From contig OZ246417.1 in assembly GCA_965231105.1 (NCBI GenBank), positions 448,908 to 512,907 of the forward strand: DNA of 64,000 nt. The letters run 5' to 3'. The notes under the pieces are model-generated. The model was not told the DNA's origin, searched no databases, and was given only the letters and a program-made list of their open reading frames with translations. The DNA is from an uncultured Candidatus Saccharibacteria bacterium. Lineage in GTDB: Bacteria; Patescibacteriota; Saccharimonadia; Saccharimonadales; JACDBH01. Both the position numbers and the translations under genes were made by a program. Below are positions 32,626 to 42,864 of this stretch, piece after piece; the stretch's first letter is position 1, and each line of letters starts with the position of its first letter.

Positions 32626-34052
32626 TTCTTCATCTCCACCATGCTCTTAGATTTCAATTCAGCCTTATGCTTCTCAAAGTCTTCTTCTTTTGCGTCGGCG
32701 GCAATCTCATTCACCTGCTTCTTGAGCAGTGTGATATCGACAAGTTCCCCATCATTAAGACTCATCACAATATCAAGCATCAGCTGCTGTGCATACAAGG
32801 AGTAGCTTTCACCAGGAATCTGCTTAAGCACATCAAGTAGTCGCTTGCCTTGTTCCAGATCCTTTTTCGTCGCAAGTGCCAATTCAGAACCGAAGTGCGA
32901 GAATTCTTGAGCTTGGCGATACGCAGCCAGCGCTCGCAAGGCCTGGCCTGCTAATTTTTTCTGGCGATCGTTATGACCACGCCCACCAACACGAGTAACA
33001 CTCAGGCCAACACTCACTGCCGGTCTCAAACCATCACGGAAAATGTCCATATCAAGCACCCATTGTCCGTCCGTAATAGACATAATGTTGGTTGGAAGGT
33101 AGGCAGTAATATCGCCTGCAGTTGCCAATACCAAAGGTAGTGCGGTAAGTGTCTTGTGACTACGCTTTAACTTGCCGGCACGTTCAAGCAGTGAGGAGTG
33201 TACGTAGAACATATCACCCGGATATGAGTCACGGCCCGGACTTGTCCCTGAAAGCAATGAAATCTCTCGGTACGCTTGGGCGTGCGAGGTAAGATCATCA
33301 TAGACAATGAGCACATCACGGTCAGCTTGTTGCCAAAGATATTCAGCCATGGCACAGCCTACATACGGAGCCAGGTAACTCATAATTAATGAATCAAACA
33401 TCGTTGAAACGAGTACGATAGAATTCTTTAAAGCATCATTGTCGCGAAGTCGTGCTAAGAGATTCTCAATGTCACTCCGTCGCTTTGCAATCAGCACGTA
33501 CACCACAACCACATCGTTATTTTTCTGGTTAATTGCCAGCTGCGTTGCCAGTGTCGTCTTGCCAGATTTGCTATCTCCCATAATGGCAATACGCTGGCCC
33601 AGTGCTAAGGGTACGAGAGCATCAATAACCGTAATCCCACTCTCAAGCTGTGTTTCAAGTAGCTCACGGTCGTGCATAGGGGGAGCCTTATGAAAAACAG
33701 GCCATACGGCGTCTGCAGCAATTGGTCCTTGGCCATCAAGCGGTTCGCCGGTAATAGAGATCACTCGTCCAATAAAGTCTTTACCAACTTTTGCGACTAA
33801 TTCTGGATACTGAACTACCGCTACCATGCCCACCGTGATTTGGGTGGCACTGAGCTGCAAGACAGTGACTTCTTCTTCATACACATGATGCACAAAACCC
33901 TTGCTTCCATCTTCAAAGAGGATAAGAGCATGAACGTTCGTAGGATTAAGCCCGCGAATAGTAATAAGGAATTTATCAACCGCAATAACTTCACCAACAG
34001 GATTACCCTGCTCTACCAAGCGCTGGAAGTGTACATTACCACTGACGCTCAT
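32622..34052 (-). CDS. atpA: ATP synthase F1 alpha subunit
   Basis: 476 aa. Walker [12 protein letters not shown], the PGRDSYPGD motif, and ITDGQWVL. Confidence 0.95.
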
Positions 34053-34618
34053 GTGCCCGCCTTTTCGATAGCAGGGGCGAGCTTCGCCTTACTGTTCTGA
34101 AATTGCTGGCGGAAACTAAAGTCAAAATACTTATTAGTTGTTCGTATCACACAGCCGGCAGCAATATTAGGCTGCAACCCGGTCTGCAAAAGCACATATG
34201 GATGCGCTTCGTTACGGAACCAAGTAACGAGTTTCATTAAAAAGTCTGTCTTCGGGTCAGTCGCAAAGCTTGCATTCACCACGGGTGCCTTGGTGCGCAA
34301 ATATTCCATAAACGTTTTGAGCCGTGCCCGATCGGTCTTATGAAGCAAATTTAGATCGTTCTCTGTTACAAGCGCTTTAAGAGATAGGCTGGTTTGCGGT
34401 ACAGTTTTTGCCGACGCCCCCTTTAAAGCACCTTGGTTAAAGAAGTCATCAAGTGTCTCGAGTTCGCGGCCAAGTCGCGACACATCTGCTTGTGAGATAA
34501 CTTGTGCAGGTAAAATAAGCTCTTTTTTAGATACAGTTTCAGTTTGCACCGGTATTTTCTTCTCTTCCGATGCGGCGGCCTCAGTGGCCTCTTGAGGATC
34601 ATGCGCTTCATGCGCCAC
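34049..34618 (-). CDS. atpH: ATP synthase delta (OSCP)-like subunit, divergent
   Basis: 189 aa in the atpH position. Only the C-terminal part ([26 protein letters not shown]) resembles the delta consensus. Confidence 0.55.
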   Translation of the reverse strand: MAHEAHDPQEATEAAASEEKKIPVQTETVSKKELILPAQVISQADVSRLGRELETLDDFFNQGALKGASAKTVPQTSLSLKALVTENDLNLLHKTDRARLKTFMEYLRTKAPVVNASFATDPKTDFLMKLVTWFRNEAHPYVLLQTGLQPNIAAGCVIRTTNKYFDFSFRQQFQNSKAKLAPAIEKAGT

Positions 34619-35225
34619 TGCGAATATCCTCCACTATCACCGCTTTATTAGCTTGAAGCTCACCAAGGATGTACTCTAACTGATCATTTAGATCTATCTC
34701 ATTCCCAACCGCATCAAGTACATAGTGGTTAATGATCTCTGCCATATTATCTTCAAAACGCTTAATAAGACTTTCGCGTTCTGCCTGGAATTCCTTTTCA
34801 AGATTCGCGTGCAACATTGCGCGCTCTTCCTCAATAGCACTACGAGTTTTCTCAATTGAATCAATGGCTAACTGTTTCGCATCAGCAATAGATTGCTCAT
34901 ACTTATTGAACTCTTCTTGCAGGGTACGGGTAATTTCCTGCTTCATGAACTCGTTTAACTGAGAAGTGGTAAGGCGTAAGTCTTGCTGAAGGAACATGGC
35001 GTTTTCAGCAATGATCTTTTCAAAGTGCAATCTACCTCTGTTACGAAGTTCTTCTCTAAACTCATCGTTGAAGATATGCTCAACATCTCGTTCAGCCATC
35101 TCGGTATAGAGGTCGCCGCCTTTTTTGCCACCTTTTTCACCGCCGAGGCGGTACGCAACCCATACAAAAGCAGCTGCAGTCGATAGCAGCGCTCCTACTA
35201 CTAGCCCCAACCCCCATACGTTCAT
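34608..35225 (-). CDS. atpF: ATP synthase b-like stator subunit
   Basis: 205 aa in the atpF position. It has a single N-terminal TM helix followed by a long charged coiled-coil-type region. Confidence 0.55.
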   Translation of the reverse strand: MNVWGLGLVVGALLSTAAAFVWVAYRLGGEKGGKKGGDLYTEMAERDVEHIFNDEFREELRNRGRLHFEKIIAENAMFLQQDLRLTTSQLNEFMKQEITRTLQEEFNKYEQSIADAKQLAIDSIEKTRSAIEEERAMLHANLEKEFQAERESLIKRFEDNMAEIINHYVLDAVGNEIDLNDQLEYILGELQANKAVIVEDIRSGA

Positions 35226-35270
35226 ACTGTTGGCTTAACCACCCTCATTCTTGCCCTTTTTAAAAAGTGC

Positions 35271-36116
35271 TTATAGTTTCAGTAGTAAATATACCGCAAT
35301 TATGCTTACGATGAAAACAAATAAACTGGTTATGCTGACTCCAAACAGACTTTTAAGAATGCTCTGTTTGCCAAGCGGGTTGCGGCCAATGGCAATAATG
35401 CTACTTCTAATACCTGCATACAGCACAGCTCCTGCTACAAAAACACCGACGATAAAGACAATAGCACTTAGGTAAAGTCGAAGAGCACTGACGGCCTTTC
35501 CCGCAATTGCCTCACCGGCTCGTGTTAAAAAGGCAGGTGCATTGGTAGCGTTACGCGCAAGCGGATTTCGGCCAATAGCCAGCTCTACCTGAATGCGTCC
35601 AATATGTACTTGCCGAGTCTGGTTACGGCTATCAGTTAAAGAGACAGTACCGATAGAATTTGTTTGGCCATCAAAGCTTCCAACAGCGCGCCCAACTATA
35701 TCACTCTGATTTTCATTTGCCTTCATGCCAATACCCGCAAGCGATGAAAGTGTTACATAATCATTCTGGCCGATTGCACCCTGCTGGTCGCTAACCAGCA
35801 CATCATAGCGACCACTGGTTGTTACAAAGATACGCTGGTTGTCATCTGAAACGGTAATAGGCGAATCATTAGGATTAACAACAACTCCTAAAATCTTATT
35901 GAGCCGACTCACATTAATAGATTCCACTTTGTCTACGTCGTCATCGCGAAGACCGACGATCATACCGCGCTGAAGCACCTCATCACTTCCATATCCACGC
36001 GTGACGCTCTGAGCACTTAAAACACCACTTAATTTAACGGTGATTAACAAAAACAAACCGATCAGAGCGGCAAAACGCCTAAGAGAAGCTTTTTGTTTTA
36101 TTTTTGTTAGTAACAT
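35271..36116 (-). CDS. Membrane protein of unknown function occupying the atpB/atpE position
   Basis: 281 aa. Layout: N-terminal signal/anchor, an ~150-aa outer domain, then two copies of AIGRNPL (residues 180-186 and 242-248), each followed by a TM helix. Confidence 0.55.
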   Translation of the reverse strand: MLLTKIKQKASLRRFAALIGLFLLITVKLSGVLSAQSVTRGYGSDEVLQRGMIVGLRDDDVDKVESINVSRLNKILGVVVNPNDSPITVSDDNQRIFVTTSGRYDVLVSDQQGAIGQNDYVTLSSLAGIGMKANENQSDIVGRAVGSFDGQTNSIGTVSLTDSRNQTRQVHIGRIQVELAIGRNPLARNATNAPAFLTRAGEAIAGKAVSALRLYLSAIVFIVGVFVAGAVLYAGIRSSIIAIGRNPLGKQSILKSLFGVSITSLFVFIVSIIAVYLLLKL

Positions 36117-36163
36117 TCTTTTAAAGATTATACTCTATTTGTCTAGAGTATAACCGAAAGAAG

Positions 36164-37294
36164 TTACGTAAGCTGAACCAGAAGCTCCAGTAATTCTTTT
36201 GCATCTTCTTTAGTTGTTTGTCTTCCAAAAGTGATTCGAAGGCTGCTTTGCGCATCTTCGTCACTAATACCTAAGGCTTTTAAGACATGAGATGGTTCGT
36301 CACTACTTGCACTGCACGCAGAACCATTCGCTACAATAAAACCTCGTTCATCGAGCTCCATCATAAGCCGTTCATTGTCTACGCCTGGGAATGTAATGTG
36401 TACGTTATTAGGAATTCTGTATTCGATACTGCCGTTAACAACGGCCGTGGGAATCTGGGTTGTAATACCGTTCATAAATTCATGTTGTAATGCCTGGATA
36501 CGCGCTTGTTCGGCTTCTCTTAATTCACTTGCTTCTTTCAGTGCAGCAGCAAAACCAATAATGTTTGCTGTATTTTCCGTACCACTCCTCAGATTCCGCT
36601 CCTGACCACCGCCATGGATTAACGGCTCTAGCTGGATGCCGCTCTTTACATACAATGCGCCCGTTTGCTTGGGTCCGTATATTTTACCGGCATTAAGGGT
36701 CATGAGATCAACACCAAGAGTGTTTACAAGTACATGCAGGTAATTAGGCGCCTGACAGGCGTCAGTATGGAAATATAAAGGCAGATCATTCCCTTTTTCT
36801 GTACGCTTCTGTTTAATATCACCGATAAGTTTTTGAACTGCAGATAATGGCTGAACAGTCCCGATTTCATTGTTTACATACATTACACTCACAAGCACTG
36901 TCTTTTCATCGATCAGTTTCTCCAGAGCTTCAAGATTGATACGTCCGTCCGTTTTAACGGGGGCTTTTTTACATACAAACTGACGTGCAGGTGCCAACAC
37001 TGCTTCATGCTCTACCGCACTTACGACACAGTTCGCATCAGGAAACCTTCGCATAATGCCAGCAATAGCAAGATTGTTGGCCTCGGTACCTCCGGCAGTA
37101 AAGATAATTTCACTTGGGCGAGCACCTAGAATCCTCGCGACATCCGCCCTGGCCTGCTCAACCGCTTTCTTTACATCTTGCGCGCCTAAATAAAGAGCTG
37201 AAGGATTGTAAAAAGCATCAGAAAAATACGGCTCCATTGCCGCCTTTACTGTCTTGCTCATCGGCGTTGCAGCCGCATAATCAAAATACTTCAT
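36164..37294 (-). CDS. Cysteine desulfurase (class V aminotransferase, NifS/IscS-like)
   Basis: Motifs FTAGGTEANN, an HTDACQA-type PLP region and active-site GSACSA. The track ORF starts at 37351; the ATG at 37294 (MKYFDYAAATP) avoids overlapping the upstream gene. Confidence 0.9.
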   Translation of the reverse strand: MKYFDYAAATPMSKTVKAAMEPYFSDAFYNPSALYLGAQDVKKAVEQARADVARILGARPSEIIFTAGGTEANNLAIAGIMRRFPDANCVVSAVEHEAVLAPARQFVCKKAPVKTDGRINLEALEKLIDEKTVLVSVMYVNNEIGTVQPLSAVQKLIGDIKQKRTEKGNDLPLYFHTDACQAPNYLHVLVNTLGVDLMTLNAGKIYGPKQTGALYVKSGIQLEPLIHGGGQERNLRSGTENTANIIGFAAALKEASELREAEQARIQALQHEFMNGITTQIPTAVVNGSIEYRIPNNVHITFPGVDNERLMMELDERGFIVANGSACSASSDEPSHVLKALGISDEDAQSSLRITFGRQTTKEDAKELLELLVQLT

Positions 37295-37325
37295 CAGTTT
37301 TATTATACGTTTCTTAGCCCTAGAC

Positions 37326-37703
37326 TTAGATGTAGGCCGCGTAGAGCTCATCCCGCATGCGCTGTTCGTATACAGAGGCAGCCTGCAATAAACGTTCGGC
37401 TTCTGCCAGGCTCACATGCTGATAGTGCTGGCCATCCTGGGCCTTAAGAATACCAGTTGGCCGAACATCATAACGAGTGGTTTTAATACGGCGATTACCG
37501 TTCTGGTCCATCCATTCTTCATGCCAGATCCAGGTGTGTTCATCCAGGCAGAAGAATTCACGCTTGGTATCTTTTGATACAGCACCAAAGATTTCGCCAC
37601 CAATTTTTGCTTCACGGCGGATCAAGCTTCGATACAATTCGGCTGCACGTTCTTGATGACGCTGTGAGCGCGTATTACTAAGCAGCTTTTTGAAGATCGG
37701 CAT
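37326..37703 (-). CDS. Hypothetical protein
   Basis: 125-aa ORF with a Trp-rich core (HTWIWHEEWMDQNG). It overlaps the upstream ORF by 26 nt. Confidence 0.45.
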   Translation of the reverse strand: MPIFKKLLSNTRSQRHQERAAELYRSLIRREAKIGGEIFGAVSKDTKREFFCLDEHTWIWHEEWMDQNGNRRIKTTRYDVRPTGILKAQDGQHYQHVSLAEAERLLQAASVYEQRMRDELYAAYI

Positions 37704-38184
37704 CGTTCTCTCCTATACCTTTGGCAAGTTCTTTCGCTCTTCGCTCTAATTCAACAACATTCGGTGCTGGGGCCTGTGGTGCCTCTTCCGGTTCCGTTGC
37801 AGCTTCTGGCTCTTCCTTCAATTGATCGCTTACCATTGCATCAAAGACCTGCAGGTCTGGATTTTGTTCTTCATTAAGATCAATCCGGGAAGACGGCTTA
37901 TCAGTAACTTCCATCTTATCCATGGTCTGTGCAGGCGCATTGTTCCGGGCAGGAGCCACTGCTACGTTATCGGCGACTACTTCGTGACCAGCAATATACT
38001 GAGCCATTCTGTTGGTAAAGAGAGGAATGGCTGGCTTTTGCAAAGCATCCTGGTGCCTCTCTATAACAACGGCTGCAGCTACATTACTCTTTGCCTGACC
38101 GATAATGGCAAGTCGGGATGCAACCTCAGGGGGCGTCTTTGCCTCTGGGTATCGATTATGCTGATTGTTGCGGGGTTTACTCAT
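37678..38184 (-). CDS. Hypothetical protein, low-complexity acidic/Pro C-terminal half
   Basis: 168-aa ORF with a 4-nt overlap with the tatD stop. No recognisable motifs. Confidence 0.45.
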   Translation of the reverse strand: MSKPRNNQHNRYPEAKTPPEVASRLAIIGQAKSNVAAAVVIERHQDALQKPAIPLFTNRMAQYIAGHEVVADNVAVAPARNNAPAQTMDKMEVTDKPSSRIDLNEEQNPDLQVFDAMVSDQLKEEPEAATEPEEAPQAPAPNVVELERRAKELAKGIGENDADLQKAA

Positions 38185-38951
38185 ACGAGTTGAAATAATG
38201 ATTGTGCGTTTGAAGTGGTTTTTTCGGCCAGCAGCTCAAGACTTTCACCTCGTAGCTCGGCTAAAAACTCCCCTGTTGTGCGCACGTATTTTGGCTCACA
38301 GATTTTACCACGGAATGGAACAGGCGTCAAGAAGGGCGCATCTGTTTCAAGAACCAACTTATCTAACGGAACCCGACGAGCCGCTTCGTGCTGCTCCGGT
38401 TTCTTTGTAAATGTCATTATACCATTAAGCCCTACATAGAGTCCTCGCGCCAAAATATCCTCAAGATCCTTCATGTCAGAGCTAAAACTATGCACCACAC
38501 CCCGTAACCCCTTGTATGAATCAAAAATAGGCCAAAAGTCTTTAAAGGCATCACGAACATGAAAAATAAGCGGCAAATTATATTCAACTGCCATATCCAG
38601 CTGAAAACGGAGAAGTTTTTCTTGATCTTCCTTCGAAGAATGCTCGTAGAAGTAATCGAGGCCCGTTTCGCCTATCGCAACTACTTTTGGTTTACCGGCA
38701 AGTTCACGAAATTGTTGCAAAGCAGCGTGATCATGAACATACCGGCTAGCCTCATGTGGATGCAGACCAATGCTTGCCCATGTGTTTTTGCGAGTGGCTA
38801 CAAACTCAACTGCCGCCAGACTATCATGCAGGGCACAGCCCACCACCATAAGCTGCGTCACCCCAACAGCAGCCGCATCTCGGATTGCCGTATCGGCATC
38901 CAACGGAAAATCAGAAAACTGAATGTGACAGTGAGTATCCACAAACTGCAT
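38181..38951 (-). CDS. tatD: TatD family metal-dependent hydrolase/DNase
   Basis: 256 aa. N-terminal DTHCH, GETGLDY, HVRDA and ETDAPFL motifs. Confidence 0.9.
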   Translation of the reverse strand: MQFVDTHCHIQFSDFPLDADTAIRDAAAVGVTQLMVVGCALHDSLAAVEFVATRKNTWASIGLHPHEASRYVHDHAALQQFRELAGKPKVVAIGETGLDYFYEHSSKEDQEKLLRFQLDMAVEYNLPLIFHVRDAFKDFWPIFDSYKGLRGVVHSFSSDMKDLEDILARGLYVGLNGIMTFTKKPEQHEAARRVPLDKLVLETDAPFLTPVPFRGKICEPKYVRTTGEFLAELRGESLELLAEKTTSNAQSLFQLV

Positions 38952-38956
38952 AGGAT

Positions 38957-40408
38957 TTAGGCCTCTGTTTTTACAAGTTCAATCTTTGGAAACAGCACAC
39001 CTTTCGATGCGTGCAAGATACCTTCAGCAAAAATTTTCTTAATAGCCTGTGCCGTATCCGGTAAGAATGGCACTAGTAGATCGGCAATCTCTAAAAGATC
39101 ACTGACCATCGCGGCAAGTACTTCACGTAGATGCTCTTCGTCTTTTTCTTTCGCAATAAGCCATGGTTTTTCTTCATCAATGTACTGGTTAAGTCCACGT
39201 ACCTGATCCCATACACTATCAAGCGCTTTATCGAATCTAAAATTAGCCATTGCTTCGTGATACACGGCGGCATCGTGTTCAGCTTCTGGAATATCACCTA
39301 TAACACCGTCTTGGTATTTCTCGATCATGACAGCCGTACGCTGCACGGCATTCCCAAGCTCGTTCCCAAGTTCATTGTTATAGGCATTCTCGAATGATTC
39401 CCAAGTGAAATCTCCGTCTCCATAGCTGGGGATATGACGAAGGAAATAGTAACGGAAGGCATCGACACCGTATTTCTTTACAATTTCAGCAGGATGAATA
39501 ACATTTCCTAAGGATTTGCTAATCTTTTCTCCGCCCACATTCACAAAACCATGAACATATAAATTCTTTGGCAGGGACAAGCCAAGTGCAAGCAGCATAC
39601 CTGGCCAAATTGCCGCATGGAAACGAAGAATATCCTTCCCTACTACCTGAACATTTGCTGGCCAGAACTTCTTAAAGTCTTCGTGTTCTGGATAGCCAAG
39701 GACGGTAATATAGTTCATCAGCGCTTCAAACCAGACATACATCACCTGAGCTGTATCGCCCGGTACAGGAATACCCCAGGAAATTTTTTCTTTGGGACGA
39801 GAAACACTAATATCCTCAAGACCTTCTTTTAACACAGAAAGAATTTCGTGCTTCTTCGTGTCCGGTACAACTCGTAAAGAGCCGCTCTCTACCGCTTTAA
39901 GAATCTCATCCGAAAAAGCACTGAGCTTAAAGAAATAGTTCTCTTCTTTAATTTGCTCATACGGTTTCTTATGAATAGGACACTCATTATTGCGTTCTTT
40001 TGCAACCGTCTCCGTTACAAATTCCTCGCAACCCGTGCAGTACCAGCCGGTGTAATGACCTTTATAAATATTCTTTGCGAGATTTTTCCAGATAATTTGT
40101 GCACGCTGTTCATGGCCCTTATCGGTGGTCCTGATAAAACGATCATTAGAAACACCTAAAACAGGAATAAGATCTCGGAATTTTTTAGAGTTTTCATCCG
40201 CAAGTTGCAAAGGCGTTTTCTTGAGTTCCTTTGCCTTGTCTGCCACCTTACCGCCATGCTCATCGGTACCGGTAGAGAAAATTACCTCATGTCCTTGCTG
40301 GCGCGCATAGCGTGCCAGCACGTCAGCAATAGTAATTTCTAGACCAAAGCCAATGTGTGGTTCGCCGTTAATGTACGGGATCGATGTAGTAATAAAATAG
40401 TTAGACAT
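38957..40408 (-). CDS. metG: Methionine--tRNA ligase, short form
   Basis: 483 aa. HIGH-type PYINGEPHIG, zinc knuckle CTGCEEF..CPIH, and KMSKS variant KISKS. Confidence 0.95.
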   Translation of the reverse strand: MSNYFITTSIPYINGEPHIGFGLEITIADVLARYARQQGHEVIFSTGTDEHGGKVADKAKELKKTPLQLADENSKKFRDLIPVLGVSNDRFIRTTDKGHEQRAQIIWKNLAKNIYKGHYTGWYCTGCEEFVTETVAKERNNECPIHKKPYEQIKEENYFFKLSAFSDEILKAVESGSLRVVPDTKKHEILSVLKEGLEDISVSRPKEKISWGIPVPGDTAQVMYVWFEALMNYITVLGYPEHEDFKKFWPANVQVVGKDILRFHAAIWPGMLLALGLSLPKNLYVHGFVNVGGEKISKSLGNVIHPAEIVKKYGVDAFRYYFLRHIPSYGDGDFTWESFENAYNNELGNELGNAVQRTAVMIEKYQDGVIGDIPEAEHDAAVYHEAMANFRFDKALDSVWDQVRGLNQYIDEEKPWLIAKEKDEEHLREVLAAMVSDLLEIADLLVPFLPDTAQAIKKIFAEGILHASKGVLFPKIELVKTEA

Positions 40409-40618
40409 ACTGATTAGTTTACCTGGTTAGTGAGTTGATATAAAACAAAAGAGAATAAAAAGCTTAAGCCCGCTAGGGCATATTCATCATTACAGTTGTA
40501 CGATGCGCTTTTGTCATAAGATACAATACTACAACGTTGCACTCATTAATACCAGGGGTGATATATAGTTGCTATTGCAGCAAGCAGAATGCATAATTTC
40601 AGACATTAAGGAGAGCAT

Positions 40619-41086
40619 ATGGCACCAGACGTACAGGAAGCACTGTTTCACAATATAGATGTCCATGCCGCCCGTCGGCGTGCAGCAGTTACATACATTA
40701 TTGGCTTAATAGAGGAAAATGAAGCCGAAATCAGAGAAGCTTTTCTGCCGGACGTGGGGGAGACCGAGTCAGCAGATAGGGTGCTTTACGAAAATGTAGC
40801 AGCGGGATTGCGAGAATTAGAGAGTAGACACTTAAGTGCGAATGGTGGAGGGCTCTATGATGTTCCTGTTGGGCATACAGACGAAAGAGTGCCAGCCGTA
40901 AGGTTAGGCTGGGCAAAATTTTATAGAGTATATATGGGCGAAGAACAACCAGCAGAAGGACAGAAAGTCCCTCATGTTCTAGATCTTACCCCTACGGGCA
41001 TTGTGGTTGTAAATGGCTTACGAGCAGCCCGAGGCCAGGTATCGCTTGAACAAGAGAGAAAGAACAGCAGCTGGCTGCGCGGCTAG
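40619..41086 (+). CDS. Hypothetical protein
   Basis: 155-aa ORF preceded by an AAGGAG RBS 6 nt upstream. No recognisable motif. Confidence 0.5.
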   Translation: MAPDVQEALFHNIDVHAARRRAAVTYIIGLIEENEAEIREAFLPDVGETESADRVLYENVAAGLRELESRHLSANGGGLYDVPVGHTDERVPAVRLGWAKFYRVYMGEEQPAEGQKVPHVLDLTPTGIVVVNGLRAARGQVSLEQERKNSSWLRG

Positions 41087-41089
41087 TTC

Positions 41090-41407
41090 TTACTGCCAAA
41101 TACGAGACTGGTTCTTCTTTTCCTTCTCTTCAAACGCCGTTGCGAGATTAATATCGAGTCGGTTACACAGATCAATTAAAAGCCAGAACACATCTGCAGC
41201 CTCTTCCTGAAGATCGTGGATTTTAGATGCGTCATCAGTCTTTATGCCAGAAACCTTCCGGGCAGCTTTTGCGAATTCTCCCGCTTCTTCTAGGAACAAC
41301 ATAAAGACTTCAGGAACCGTTTCTTTATCAAAACCACGCTCAACAATGAGCTTTTTGATCAGTTCCTGATAATCGACAAGGCCTGGTTTAGAAGGTGCAT
41401 TACTCAT
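41090..41407 (-). CDS. MazG-like nucleotide pyrophosphohydrolase
   Basis: 105 aa. The EExGE motif (FLEEAGEFAKA) and a second acidic helix (EEAADVFWLLIDL) are typical of all-alpha NTP-PPases. Confidence 0.75.
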   Translation of the reverse strand: MSNAPSKPGLVDYQELIKKLIVERGFDKETVPEVFMLFLEEAGEFAKAARKVSGIKTDDASKIHDLQEEAADVFWLLIDLCNRLDINLATAFEEKEKKNQSRIWQ

Positions 41408-42660
41408 AATTTAAAATCCTCTATAAATCGGGCTACCACGGCGTTCGTCCACCCAAAACCGCTTTGCGAAGGATATAGTCCTTCTACCGGCGGTTTCTTT
41501 GTATTCACCACATTATACTTTTCAAGAAATACCCCGTGCCTATTAAACCAGTCTACATTGCACTTCACCCACTTAGCAGCAATTCTTTTTGCCTCCTCTT
41601 CATAGCCATACCGTTTAAGTCCTTCTACTACAATGTAGTGAAGCGGTGCCCAACCGTTCGGATAGGCCCACTGGGCCTTCAAGGAACCGAAGAGGACGCT
41701 TGTATCAATGAGTGGACGTGTTGTGGCGGTAAGGCCACCTGATTTTTCAAATTTATCGAGGTTGTCTACCAGACGCTTTGCTTGAGCCTTAGAAGCCATA
41801 CCAGCCCACATGGTGTAATACGCAGCCAAAGACCACACATCGCCTAAGACCTGGCGTTCGAAGTTATAGTCGAAGTAAAAGCCTCGTACCTTGCCCCACA
41901 TAAGCTCATCCATAGCAGCTTTTCGCTCTTCAGCTCGATTCATCCATGTTTGCCAGGCTTCTTCGTCATTCTGGATCTTTGCAGCCCGAGCAAAGTCTGT
42001 CTCGTATTTGTATAGCAAAGCATTAAGATCAACCGGCAAGAAGTCGAGACACTTACGCTCGAAGCGTGGGGTCATATCCCAACCACTTTCAGCTTCGGCA
42101 AGGTCATGCAAAACGTTCACATCGTAGTAGCGGCTGAGATTTTTATATACGTTGTGCCACTGTGGGTGAGCAGTTGCCATCCAGACCGTCTCATACTCCT
42201 GCATTGCTACGGCCATGCGACTTTCAAGCCAGAGCGCATCCTTGCCATACGTGTCAAAGACGTGAAAAATAAAACTAGTAAGGATAGGTGGTTGCGAGCG
42301 GCCGGTAAAATACATGCGAGATGCATTCGGAATGAGAGAGAACCGCCTAAAAAGATAAAGCAGGTTCTCGAGCATACCCTCAACAAGTGCCTGGTGCTTG
42401 GTATCGTTAAGCCCTAAGGCTACAAAGTAACTATCCCAATAATATTGCTCTTCGAATGAAAAGGCCGAATCAGGATCAGCGGCAGGCACTACATAATCAT
42501 GGGGGAGTCCTACTAATGTGCCCGCATCTTCGGGGTGACTTCGCTGCAAATGGTCCCAATATTCATCGATATAGGCAAGCGCTCTATCCCGTAACTCCGG
42601 AGAGATGCTGGGTGTGCGTTTGAAGTTTTTAGTAAGAGGTGGAAGTTTTGGTAATGCCAT
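41404..42660 (-). CDS. treA: Trehalase (glycoside hydrolase family 37-like)
   Basis: 418 aa. Trehalase signatures GRSQPP and YPNGWAPL, plus the DSYF and GWDMTPRF motifs. Confidence 0.85.
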   Translation of the reverse strand: MALPKLPPLTKNFKRTPSISPELRDRALAYIDEYWDHLQRSHPEDAGTLVGLPHDYVVPAADPDSAFSFEEQYYWDSYFVALGLNDTKHQALVEGMLENLLYLFRRFSLIPNASRMYFTGRSQPPILTSFIFHVFDTYGKDALWLESRMAVAMQEYETVWMATAHPQWHNVYKNLSRYYDVNVLHDLAEAESGWDMTPRFERKCLDFLPVDLNALLYKYETDFARAAKIQNDEEAWQTWMNRAEERKAAMDELMWGKVRGFYFDYNFERQVLGDVWSLAAYYTMWAGMASKAQAKRLVDNLDKFEKSGGLTATTRPLIDTSVLFGSLKAQWAYPNGWAPLHYIVVEGLKRYGYEEEAKRIAAKWVKCNVDWFNRHGVFLEKYNVVNTKKPPVEGLYPSQSGFGWTNAVVARFIEDFKL

Positions 42661-42693
42661 ACATAGGACTGTAACGACATCACACCATCATGG

Positions 42694-42864
42694 TCAAGTT
42701 TGATAGACAGAATTTAAGTGCCACAGCCCACAGTGCTGGCATCGATAGACCCCAAATGTACGGCCATGCTGAAATTTAGCCACTACTGCACTTGCCTTGG
42801 CCGCCTTCTTATTATCAAAGGCCAGCTTTCCTGCACACGGTAGGTCTTTACCTTCCTCTTCCAT
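42694..42864 (-). CDS. 56-aa Cys/His mini-protein (possible zinc ribbon); absent from the ORF track
   Basis: My own translation: MEEEGKDLPCAGKLAFDNKKAAKASAVVAKFQHGRTFGVYRCQHCGLWHLNSVYQT. The ATG directly follows the TAA of the upstream gene (TAAATG). The YRCxxCGxWHL motif plus an upstream Cys are the putative ligands. Confidence 0.45.
   Translation of the reverse strand: MEEEGKDLPCAGKLAFDNKKAAKASAVVAKFQHGRTFGVYRCQHCGLWHLNSVYQT

Noticed and set aside
37326-38184. Two overlapping hypothetical ORFs (168 and 125 aa), considered as one frameshifted gene
   Set aside because: I recognise no family spanning both parts. A 26-nt overlap in a different frame is compatible with ordinary overlapping genes in this compact genome, so they are kept as separate low-confidence CDS.
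40409-40618. Apparent TTGTCA and TACAAT hexamers in the metG divergent intergenic region
   Set aside because: The two hexamers are only 5 nt apart, which is incompatible with a sigma70 promoter. No promoter is reported here.
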